Part shown: positions 1-9,600 of the stretch, piece by piece
Position numbering within the stretch: position 1 is the first letter of the stretch
Layout: each line of letters begins with the position of its first letter
Virus record (IMG/VR): IMGVR_UViG_3300006851_000002
Span: 1 to 42,802 of that record
From: a virus
Lineage: Duplodnaviria; Caudoviricetes
Strand: one strand, 5' to 3'
Length of the DNA stretch: 42,802 bases
Notes under the pieces: model-generated
What the model was told of the DNA's origin: nothing
The model's database searches: none
The model's input: the letters and a program-made list of their open reading frames with translations, nothing else
Program-made: the position numbers and the translations under genes

Positions 1-123
1 CCCGCATCTTGGAACGCGACGAAGGGGGACATGTTGTTGTCGAACGCAAGGCCGACCTGTTCCACGCCGGGGCGGGAGAACAGCACCGTCTCCGGCACGT
101 TCTCCGCCGACAGCAGGAAGTCC
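1..123. repeat. Terminal direct repeat, left copy (circular-assembly overlap)
   Basis: 1-123 is identical to 42680-42802 and a gene reads in frame through the junction. Confidence 0.95.
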
Positions 124-290
124 CCGTCCTCGTAGCGCAGGGTCCACATCTGCACCCGTAACCCTTGCGAGGCGTCCTGAAGCGCGACCCCGCCCTGCTC
201 GTAGTCCACGAGCAGGTCAGTAGGGGTTCTTGTCTGCCCCGCGAACTGCGCGCTGCGGTCGATGTCCCCGAGGCGTTCCTCCGGGATCAC
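1..290 (-). CDS. 5' part of the origin-spanning tail-fibre cassette protein (phiKMV gp41-like, 193 aa in total)
   Basis: GTG at 290 overlaps the TGA of the upstream gene (GTGA); reads MIPEERLGDIDRSAQF...DYEQGGVALQDASQGLRVQMW...FLLSAENVPETVLF and continues in frame into 42679-42388. Confidence 0.8.
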   Translation of the reverse strand, partial: MIPEERLGDIDRSAQFAGQTRTPTDLLVDYEQGGVALQDASQGLRVQMWTLRYEDGDFLLSAENVPETVLFSRPGVEQVGLAFDNNMSPFVAFQDA

Positions 291-1210
291 GGGACGTACC
301 TGCCCCAAGACTTCCGCAGGGTGATCTGCAAGGTCTTGGTGTTGTCCTTGTCGATGGGTGGGTCGAATTGGGCCTGAATCCGGAAGGCTTGGGTGGGCAC
401 TGAGCTTCCTATCCGGACGATGCCGCCTGCAACATTCCCCAGCGACTCTCTCCACTGGAGGGCAAGGTCGAGGTAGTGGGAGCCGGACTGGTAAGCAGGG
501 ATTTGACCCGTGGTTGTACTGCTGCCCGAAACGTAGGAAGTGCTATCCCACGCCACCAGCGGGGTGCCGGTCGCCGAGAAGGGGTGGCCCTGACCTGGCG
601 GCGTAATGGCCCCGTAGTTGTTCCACCTCTGCAGCCGATCCCCGGCAGTACCTCCAATAGTCCGGCTCACCACGCTGTACTCTTGGGCGGTGTGTGGGTT
701 TACCACAACCGAATTAGTGTCCCCCTGATCTGGGTACTCGCGAATCTGATAAGTAACAGTCAGAGAGTCAATGGGTCCCTTGGTGATGGTAGTGGGGGAC
801 CCGGTCTCGTCCCTCACAAGAGCCCGTGTAGTGATGCTCCCAGAGTTGGGACCTACCCCAATCTCGGAGATAATCCCAGTGGCGCTGCCCGGCGGGAACG
901 AGTAGGTTCCCACAACGGATGAGTAGTCATCCGTGCGCGGCCCGGCGACTATGGAGGAAGTGGCGCTACCCAAAGGGGCGGCCAGAGCGGTGTCTTGGGG
1001 AGCGGGGGGCGACGAGCCAGACCCGATGTAGCACCGCCGCATCCACTGCTGCCCAGCGAGATTATCCAGGCCAGAGTCTGTTAGCAGGTTGTCCTGCCAC
1101 GGAGCTACCACCTCCTTCGTGCCGGGGATCGGGGACCCGTCCGGGTTGTGCTGCTCGCGCTCGATCATGAAAAGGCCGCGCATGCGGCTGTTCTGCTTCA
1201 AAGTAATCAT
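287..1210 (-). CDS. Tail fibre/receptor-binding protein (phiKMV gp40-like)
   Basis: 307 aa, Ser/Thr/Gly-rich; NLLTDSGLD..CYIGSGSSPP..DTAL, ISEIGVG, TRALVRD, FDPPIDKDN motifs; position in the fibre cassette. Confidence 0.7.
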   Translation of the reverse strand: MITLKQNSRMRGLFMIEREQHNPDGSPIPGTKEVVAPWQDNLLTDSGLDNLAGQQWMRRCYIGSGSSPPAPQDTALAAPLGSATSSIVAGPRTDDYSSVVGTYSFPPGSATGIISEIGVGPNSGSITTRALVRDETGSPTTITKGPIDSLTVTYQIREYPDQGDTNSVVVNPHTAQEYSVVSRTIGGTAGDRLQRWNNYGAITPPGQGHPFSATGTPLVAWDSTSYVSGSSTTTGQIPAYQSGSHYLDLALQWRESLGNVAGGIVRIGSSVPTQAFRIQAQFDPPIDKDNTKTLQITLRKSWGRYVP

Positions 1211-1600
1211 TGCATTTCTATTCCTGTAACGATGCCGGTGGAGACGAGGTGATCGTCTATGGAGTCCTCGGGATTGTGGTCATAGGTGACGTAGTTCGTA
1301 GTCACTTCCATGTCAATAGCAAGAACCTCACCAGTGGATACGAGATGGTCGTCTAGGGAGTCCTCGGGGTCGTGGTCGTACTCCGTGTAGATGATCGTGG
1401 CTTCCAGTTCCAGAGCGATCACGGAACCAGTGGATACCAGCGAATCGGTGTCGTCCGGTGCGTGGTCGTATTCGTGATCAGCCTGCGTGACTTCCAGAGA
1501 CAGCGAGACCACGCGGCCCGAGGACACTATTTCATCGAGGTTCGCGCCGAGCGTGCCGAGAGAGCTGACGCCGCCGGTGGAGGCGAAGGAGTCAACGGCG
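1207..1600 (-). repeat. Degenerate ~30-aa tandem repeats (YDHxPED..DxLVSTGxV) at the C-terminus of the 432-aa protein
   Basis: EYDHAPDDTDSLVSTGSV / EYDHDPEDSLDDHLVSTGEV / TYDHNPEDSIDDHLVSTGIV plus two weaker upstream copies (DSFASTGGV, DEIVSSGRV). Confidence 0.85.
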
Positions 1601-2505
1601 ACGATGGGGTAGGGTGGCGTGGTCAGCAGGATCATCGCCGTGGAAACAATCACCCCGGACCAGTACGCCACCCGGCCGGCGCTGTCCCACAGGCGCAGCG
1701 TCAGGTAATAGAAGGCGTCGGGACTGTCCTGGCCGACCGAGTAGGTCAGCCCCGAAGTTTCCACGTTGTCCACGATGATCGGGCGGTTGCGGCCGTTTCT
1801 CCGGTGAGCGATCAGGCGAACCGTTATCTCATCGACCCCGCCGGTGATCGTGTGATTGACCGTACTCCAATGCCGCGTCTTGTTGGTCCGGTCGTGGATG
1901 CGGTCGCCCAGCACCATGTCCACGAACGCGCCGCCGCGGTACAGGCCCAGGCCGGTGAACAGGTTGTTGTTGTCCTTGTTCGATGGCCCCTGATCCCACA
2001 GCGAGCGCGCCATGATGGACTGGCCCTGCTGCACCGGATACCGATCGCTTTCCAGTATGTGATCGCCGCGCCCGAACCCTTCCATCCACGCGGCCATGTT
2101 GCCCGGCGGTCGAGGCCGCGGGCCGGGGCCGACCGTCGTATCGTCGTCCTCGTACTTCTTGACCCGGTAGCTGCCGCGCAGGTCATGCCACCCTTCCAGC
2201 GTGCCGGTCTGGAAGTCGCCGTTCACGATGGTCGTCTTGACTTCCTCCGGCGGCGTGAACGCCGGCCAGGTCACGACAACCTGCAGGTTGTCCATGTCCA
2301 CGACAGCCGCGGAGCCGGCCGGCAGGAACGATTCCTCCCACACGATTTCGACCCCGCAGGGGCCGATGTTGTTCAGGATGTCCAGCCGGCCCTCATAGGC
2401 TTGGCCCACGTCGTAGTTCGGCAGGGAGCCGACCAGCTGCAGCGGCGGCGGGCTGCTCCCCACCGCCCACATCGGCCTTCCATGCAGTCGGATATGACGG
2501 GCCAT
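1207..2505 (-). CDS. Tail fibre-associated protein with CBM-like domain and C-terminal acidic repeats
   Basis: 432 aa; NGDFQTG..L.GW start of a CBM/jelly-roll-like domain; C-terminal DxLVSTGxV repeats; lies between fibre genes. Confidence 0.65.
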   Translation of the reverse strand: MARHIRLHGRPMWAVGSSPPPLQLVGSLPNYDVGQAYEGRLDILNNIGPCGVEIVWEESFLPAGSAAVVDMDNLQVVVTWPAFTPPEEVKTTIVNGDFQTGTLEGWHDLRGSYRVKKYEDDDTTVGPGPRPRPPGNMAAWMEGFGRGDHILESDRYPVQQGQSIMARSLWDQGPSNKDNNNLFTGLGLYRGGAFVDMVLGDRIHDRTNKTRHWSTVNHTITGGVDEITVRLIAHRRNGRNRPIIVDNVETSGLTYSVGQDSPDAFYYLTLRLWDSAGRVAYWSGVIVSTAMILLTTPPYPIVAVDSFASTGGVSSLGTLGANLDEIVSSGRVVSLSLEVTQADHEYDHAPDDTDSLVSTGSVIALELEATIIYTEYDHDPEDSLDDHLVSTGEVLAIDMEVTTNYVTYDHNPEDSIDDHLVSTGIVTGIEMQ

Positions 2506-2509
2506 CGCG

Positions 2510-3652
2510 CTACGCCATCGCCATGTCGCCGGAGACGGCCCAGCGGTTCAGGTCGCCGTCGATGCAGGTGCAGGTAATCAGCGACCCCTGGACGCGCGTG
2601 CGCGGCAGGCAGTCGGCCGCCTGCTGGATCGTGACCCCTTCGCCCGCCACCACAGACACGTTCGCCACCCCCTCCTGCTGGATGCTGAAATAGCTGCCGG
2701 TGTACAGCTTCGAGTGTACCGCGCCCGGTGGCGTGGGCTGGATCACCACCTCTCCGGGCACCATGTTGTGCTGGTAGATCAGCGTGGCGAACTCGTCGTC
2801 GATGTCCGGCTGGTGGCCGTCCTCGATCACCTTGATCCGCGTCCGAGCGTCCACCCACGACATCGGCGGCGGCCCGATATAGGGGCGGGCGTATCCGCGC
2901 AGCACCGCGAATCCCTGCACCCCGTCGCCGGGCGGCGTGGAGAAGGTGATCCAGGCGCCCCCGCCGCCGATGTCCAACTCCACAACGTAGTCCACCACCG
3001 GCTCCTGGCCGATGAACTCGCGGTTCCCCGGAGCCGTCTCAATGTAGGTGTCGTAGAACTCCGGCGAGTCGATGTCCGCGCCTTCCATCCAGAACTGCAC
3101 CTGCTCGCCGTCGCCGGTGAACTGGAACGTCTTGGGGTTCACGCCGACCGACCCGCCGCCGCCGATGATTTGCTCCACCAGCAGCAGCAGCGACCGCAGG
3201 TTCACCGCGTCCATCGGGTCGCGCGCATCGCCCACGCGGATGATCCGGTGCCCGCGCGCGTCCCATACGAACTCGCCTCCGTCGAAGATCAGCTGCAGGG
3301 TCGAGTCGTCCAGCTGCTGGATTTGCATCGCCAGGGCGTCGTAGCCCTTCTCGATCGTCTCCGCGTGGAACGCGCCCTGATTGGTCACGTCCACTTCCTG
3401 CGTGTACGGCATGGTCCGCAGCAGGATCAGCGTGGTGTCCACCACCGGCGCGGCGTGCATGATGACCCGCGTGCCGGCTTCCTGCCCCAGCCGCTCCACG
3501 TCGTAGTCCGCCGGCGGCACCAGCACCAGCCCCTGATCGTTCAGCAGGAACGCCTGGACGTGCGACCGCTGGAACGCCATCGGGCCGTTGAATATCGTGG
3601 TGACGCCGTTGCCCTGGTACTCCCGGCGGCGGCTGTCTGCAGCAACAGTCAT
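2510..3652 (-). CDS. Tail fibre adaptor protein with T7 gp17-like N-terminal anchor
   Basis: 380 aa; YQGNGVTTIF...RTMPYTQ...GAFHAETIEKGYD.L..QIQQL and WDARGHRIIRVGD..DPMDAVN motifs typical of podovirus fibre N-termini. Confidence 0.8.
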   Translation of the reverse strand: MTVAADSRRREYQGNGVTTIFNGPMAFQRSHVQAFLLNDQGLVLVPPADYDVERLGQEAGTRVIMHAAPVVDTTLILLRTMPYTQEVDVTNQGAFHAETIEKGYDALAMQIQQLDDSTLQLIFDGGEFVWDARGHRIIRVGDARDPMDAVNLRSLLLLVEQIIGGGGSVGVNPKTFQFTGDGEQVQFWMEGADIDSPEFYDTYIETAPGNREFIGQEPVVDYVVELDIGGGGAWITFSTPPGDGVQGFAVLRGYARPYIGPPPMSWVDARTRIKVIEDGHQPDIDDEFATLIYQHNMVPGEVVIQPTPPGAVHSKLYTGSYFSIQQEGVANVSVVAGEGVTIQQAADCLPRTRVQGSLITCTCIDGDLNRWAVSGDMAMA

Positions 3653-3662
3653 GGCTCAGTCC

Positions 3663-6600
3663 TCATTCTTCGTCCGGTGCGCCCTGCACCAAATAGTATG
3701 CTTCCGCGGCCGGGTTCCCAAGTTCATGCTCGCCGGTGCCCACGGACATCAAGTAGTCGCCGGTGCGGAGTAGCTGATTCGACGGGACGCCGAAGGCGGC
3801 GCCGCTGGCCCGAACCTGCGACTTGATGATCTTCTCCACGTTCACTTCGTCCTCGGAGAACAGTTCCTCCGCGGTCCCGATGGTCGCCTCGTACAGGCTG
3901 ATCCCAGCCTCGACCAGCGGCGTGCCGCGCGAGAACCCGCTGTCGGCAAAACCGGCCACGTCGCGAATCAGCGGGAAGGCGGCGAACGGCAGAAGCCCCA
4001 GCTTCAATGCCGCCCACGCAATCCAGTCCCCGATGTCCGCATCTTCTCCGTCATCCCCTTCCGGCCCGCGACCCATCATCAACTCAAACGACCAGGCCGC
4101 GCCCATCGCCACCGAGAACCACACGCCCAGCGCCTGCGGCCACGACTTCACATCGCCGCGCAGGCCGCGCAGGCCCGCCTCCTGCATCCGGTTGTTCATG
4201 ACGACAAGCGGCCCGGCGAACTGCATGAACATCCGCATCGGCCCGCCCTCGCCTCGTGACAGTTCCGCCGCGCTCGTCTTGGTCTGTGTCTGCCGGATGG
4301 CCTTGTCAGCCGCCGCCGCCGCCTCCTGAATGTTGGCCCCTCCGGACTGCGCCTGCTGATACGCGCCCATCCAGACAGCGTTCTCAGCCAGCGGGACGGT
4401 CCACTGGTGCATCGCCATCGCCATCTCGATCATCTTGGCCCGGAACCCTCGCTTGCCTCGCAGGTTGGCGATGATGGATGACAGCTCCACCGACCGGGCC
4501 TCCGACCGGCGCAGCATCAACGGGGACAGCCGCTGAACCATCTCCGCGTTCCGGCGCATATTGCCGATGATGTTGGGTCCGCCGGACAGGTAGTAGTCGA
4601 GCAGCCCACGAATCACGTTCCGGGCCTTGACCCGAGCCGTCGCCTGGATGGGCACAGCCACCACGTTCGCCATCGCCAGCGGGATACGCAGCCCCAGCGC
4701 CGCGCTGCTCAGGTTGGTCATGCCGGCGTCAGCGACCTTCTGGAACGGACCAAGCAGCGGGCCGGCCAGAGAGAAGTGACCCACCGCGCCGCGCTCGAAC
4801 GACTGCCGCAGCCCGGTGGCCGCGCCCGGACCGATCCGGTTGTCGATCATGCGGCGGATGTCCGGGTCGCCCAGAACCTTGTAAACCTGACGCAGGAACT
4901 GCCGGTAGGAGATGTCACCGATCACGCCGTCCAGATGCCGTGTGATGACGGAATGGTAATCAAGCAGCAGCGGCGCCGCGAAGTCGGTCCGCTTCTCGAC
5001 GTGGCCCTTCGACGTGCTGGCCCTGATCGGCGTCTGGCCCGACAGAACCCGCTTCGCCTGCTCGTCCTCGCTGAACTGCCCGACGCGAGCGCCCTTCGGG
5101 TCGTACATCACGGGGTAGTACCCGCCGCGCAGGCTCACCGGCCCGTCGCGGGTCATCACCGTGAACTGGCTGGCCTCGACCTTCTCCGGAGCGATGCCGT
5201 TCATGGATTCTTCCAGCGCCACAATCTCCGGCCATAACTGGTCGATGGCGTCCCATATCTTCTGGACCGCCTCGGCCTGGGGTCGGGTCAGCCTGGAGAA
5301 CATTTCCGCTATCTGCTGCTCAGTGAACGGCACAATCTCATCGCCCACCACGCGCCCGCCGCGCAGCAGCTTGTCTCGGTTTCCTTCGTTGCCCATGTTG
5401 AGCAGAGCCGACAGGATCGAGTGTCCCGACACCGCGCCGCCCAGGGATTCAATATCGAACCGGCGGTCCAGCGCCTTGCGGTCAGCAGCCGGAAGTTCCG
5501 CCATCGCCTCCTGCAGGGCGTTGCCCACCTGCCGGTTCAGAGCCTCGCGCTTGCGCTCCGCGGCCTGAGCCATATCCCACAGCAGATCGTGGAACGGCCC
5601 ATTGTCGCCGCCGTCCAGCCACTCCACCATCGTCTCGGGCTGCAGCACCCAATTGGAGCCGGCGGCGTACAAGTCCTTGATCCGGTCGAACATCGCACGA
5701 TCAGCATCACTGATCCCATAGCGGCCATGCCGGTCGCGCTGTTCTTCCAGGCGCGCGACCATCTCAGCCTTCACTTCCTCCCACTCGCGCTTGCCCTGCA
5801 GGGTCTGCAGGCGGTTCTTCGTCCGCGCCAGGTGCAGGATGTTCTCCACGGCCTCGCGCAGCCCCTCCACGTCGGCCACGGTCATGTCGGCCAGGTTGGT
5901 CACGTTCTCCGACTCAACCCGCGCCAGCAGCATCTCCGGAACCGCCGTGCTGTTCCCCTCGTCCTGCATCCGCGCCACCCACTCGCGCAGCGCCGCGCGC
6001 CGGGCGACCTCCGGCCGGCTGACCCCGCGAACCTCGATCCCGTCGAAAATCGCATCCAGCGCGTCCACGTAGAACTTGCCGGCCTCCTTACCGACCCGGC
6101 GGCGGGTCTGATCGCTCGCCGCCTTCCGAAGGAACCGCACGTTCGAATCGGCCCGCTTCTGCACCCGCATCGCCTCGCGGTACATGGCGGCGTTGAACGC
6201 CTGCTGCCGCTTGGCCTGCAGCCCCTCCACATAATTTCCGGCTTCCGCCGCTGCCGTAGCCTTGCGCGCGGCCTTCCGCTCCGCTGCCAGGTAGTCGTGC
6301 GGGCGGATGTCCCGCAGGGCTTTCTTTCCGATGGCCCGACGAGCCGCCTCAGCCAGCGCCCGAGTTGCCGCCGTGCGCCTCGCCTGAGCCTGCCGGATGC
6401 GCTCGCGCGTCTCGGGACTGATCTGCCTGCGCTGCGGCGCCTGCTGCCCCTCCTGCGCCGCTGCGGGCGCTTGTTCGCCTTCCGCCGACTGGCGCTCGCG
6501 CGTCGGCCGGGGCTGATCCACCACGGCGGCCGGGTCCGCTGCCAGGGCTTCCAGCACCGACATCTCCCACGCCAGCACCCGCATCCGGTGATCGTCATGC

Positions 6601-9600
6601 ACGGCATCCATCGCCCGCTCGGCCAGCGTGCCGTCCGTCATGGGATCGCCGTGGCGCTCGCGCATCCGCTCGTCCGTCTCGGCCTGCACCCGCGCGTCCA
6701 TGTCCTCGCGGTTCGCCAGGGCGTTCACCAGCGCGTCGCCTGTCTCAAACCCCAGCTTCATCGCGGCCAGGTCTTGGTCGATCCCGCCCTTCACCCTGTA
6801 CAAGCCGCGCAGACGCCGCAGGTACGGCTCGCCATAGACGGAGGCCAGCGCCTCCTTGCTCAGCTTGATCCCCTGCAGTTCGGCCGGGATGTCTGTGCCA
6901 TCGGCGTACTTCTTCGCGCCGGCCAGCACACGAGCCGCCCGATACACCGGCATGGCGGCGTATTCGGCCTCGACCTCCTTGCGGACCTCGGCCTTCTGTT
7001 CCTTGTACCAGCGCCGCGCCGCGCGGTCATGCGCCGCAATTAGGCGCGCGCCCAAGGCCGCCCGCTCCCGCTCGGTCGCCTGCTCCAACTGCTCGGCGTA
7101 CTGTCGAATCTGGGCTTCTTCCAGAACGCCCTCTCCGAAGGACATTGGCTCCATGCCCTGCCTGATATGCGCGGCCTCAATCTCAGCGTCTGACGCCAGC
7201 AGGCGATCCATCACCCCGCGCACGTCATCGGTCAGGTTCACGTTGAGATTCAGCAGGTTGCGGTAGATGGACAGCAGCCATGCCTTGAACGCGCTGAACG
7301 CCGACTGCAGTTCCGGCGAAGGCGCCCTGCCCTCGGCCAGGTACTTCTCGAACCCGCGCGCGAACTGCTCATGGTGCTCCCGGCCGATCTGATCCACCGA
7401 CTCAATCCCGAACCAGTCCAGCAGGACCGCCATCTCCTGCCGCGCCTGATCCGGCGCGTTCGGGTCCGCCGCGATGTCGCGCAGCACTTCCAGGAAGAAG
7501 TGCCCCGTCTCATGCAGGAACGTGGAGCGATCCGCACCTTCGAACAAGCTGATCGCCATGCGCCGGTCGGGGAAAATCTCGATCTGCCCTCGCGGCGCCT
7601 GCGCCGGCTCCGCGCCTTCCGGCTGGAACAGGATGTCCCCAGTGCCGCCGTCCAGTTCGGCTGACAACTGCGACACCGCCTGCTCCTGCGTCAGGCCAAG
7701 TTCCTCGCCGTACTCCATCCAGCGGATGCCATGCCTGTCCAGAGTATCCCGAACCTCCTGGCTGGCGTCCGCAGGGATCACCGCGCCGGGGAACTCAGAC
7801 AGAGAAACCGCGCGCTGCGGCTTCGCCTCAAAGTAGCTGGCAACCGCCTGCCGGATTTCCACCAGCGCGTCAGCACCGGCCTGGGCAACCTCATCCGGAG
7901 CCCCATCGAACCCATTTCTGCGAAGCGCCGCGGCCACATTCTTCGCGGTCGCCGCCTTCTTCGATGCGTCGGCCAGCGACTTCATCGACATGTCCAGGGC
8001 TTCCCATGTGTCGATTTCGCCGCGGTAGTTCGTGCCGGTGAAATACTTGATCGCCTCATCGCGGAACGATTCCAGCGTCTTTTCCAGCGCGTCCTTCGCT
8101 TCGGTGCGCTGCTCCGGCGGCACCACGCGGTCACGATCTGCCTGGATTTCCTCGATGGTCCGATACCGCTTGGCGTTCCTCGCCACCACCTGACCAGGCC
8201 CGAACGTCATGGTCTGCTCACGACCGGCGACGGCGCCCTGCCTGGTCATGGCCTCGACCACGTTTTCCAGCGTCATCGGCACCTTCTTGCGGCCCAGCAT
8301 GATCTGCGGCTCATCGAACACGCCGCTGATCTGCTCCGTTACCCACGCTTCAAAATCAGTCTGCCGCTCACCAATCTGCTCAGACAGCGCCTGACGGGTC
8401 AGGTAGGGATCGACCCTGGGCGGCCTGCTTCGCTGCTCAGCGTAGGTAATCACTCCGTCCTGCATTGCGTAGGTCAATGCGCCGGACTCATCGAACGTCC
8501 GATCCATGAACGCATCGAGCAGGACGCGGCTCATCTCCGCATCACGACCTTGCCCCTCGACGTACCGCTCAATAGCGGCGCGCGCCGCCTCCCCCATCCG
8601 GATTGCTCGCGGGTCATCGGGCGGAAGGTCGCGCGCGTACACCTCATCGCGGACCTCATCCACCACCGCCAGCAGTTCGGCGTCGTCCATCCACTCCTGA
8701 CGCGGCTTCGCCGCCTTCGTGACATCTGCAGCCGGCGTCTCGCCCTGAGAACGCAGCCACCCGCGCATGAATTGAGCAGACCGAACGGCTGACTCAATGG
8801 CCCGCTCGCGGCTTGGGTTTCGGGTCAGATACTCACGGCCTTCCCAATTCCATCCTTCCGGGTCGATGCTGTCGATAAAGGCGTCGGCTTTCTTCACCCG
8901 CACCTTCGGCCACAGGATTTCAGGGAACCGCTGCGTGTATGCGTCGGCGCTGAACACTGGGTTCGTCGTTCCCGGCTCAGCCAGGGCGCGCCCGCCGATC
9001 AGGCTGATCGACCCGAACCCGCGGAACGGGCTGGCCGCCTTCGTGATGCCGATGCTCGGCGCCGGCAGTCCGCCCAGGTTGTCGGAGAACAGCAGGTTCT
9101 CAGCGGACAGGTTGTGGACCGCCACCAGCCGGTCGCCAAGCTGCGACTGAAACAGGGTCATGCCCTGCGACACCGCATCGCGCATGGCGTCGGTGACATC
9201 CAGCGAGTGCGATTCAATCAAGCGACTGTCCGCCAAGAATTCGCTCACCAGCGGGCTGTCCTCGCCCTGCGACCATTCATCCGCGATTGTCGGCTGCGCC
9301 ACGTCCGGATGATTGCGCTGCATCCACTCCTGAAAGTACGCAAGGGACAAGTGATCAGCGGGGCCGGCCGGAACGGCGGCGCGACCAACTCGCCCACCCA
9401 TCCGCTTCGCCCACTTGTTCACGGCCTTCGGCAGGATGCTGTCGTAGAAGGCTCGCATACCTTCGCCGCCGACTTTCAAGCCGTCCCCGGACAGAACCCC
9501 GCCCTCGGCCTCTCCCATGACCTTCTCGGCCAGCTCCTTTCCGATTACTTCGCTCAGGTTGCGTCCGCTAAACTGGCGCGCGGCCCCATACCCATCCACA

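Noticed and set aside
1-123. 123-bp terminal repeat as a biological DTR or att site
   Set aside because: It lies mid-gene and the ORF reads through after removing one copy, as expected for a circular-assembly overlap
287-3652. Diversity-generating retroelement as in BPP-1
   Set aside because: No reverse transcriptase, no avd, and no adenine-specific TR/VR pair seen; the fibre repeats differ at all base types
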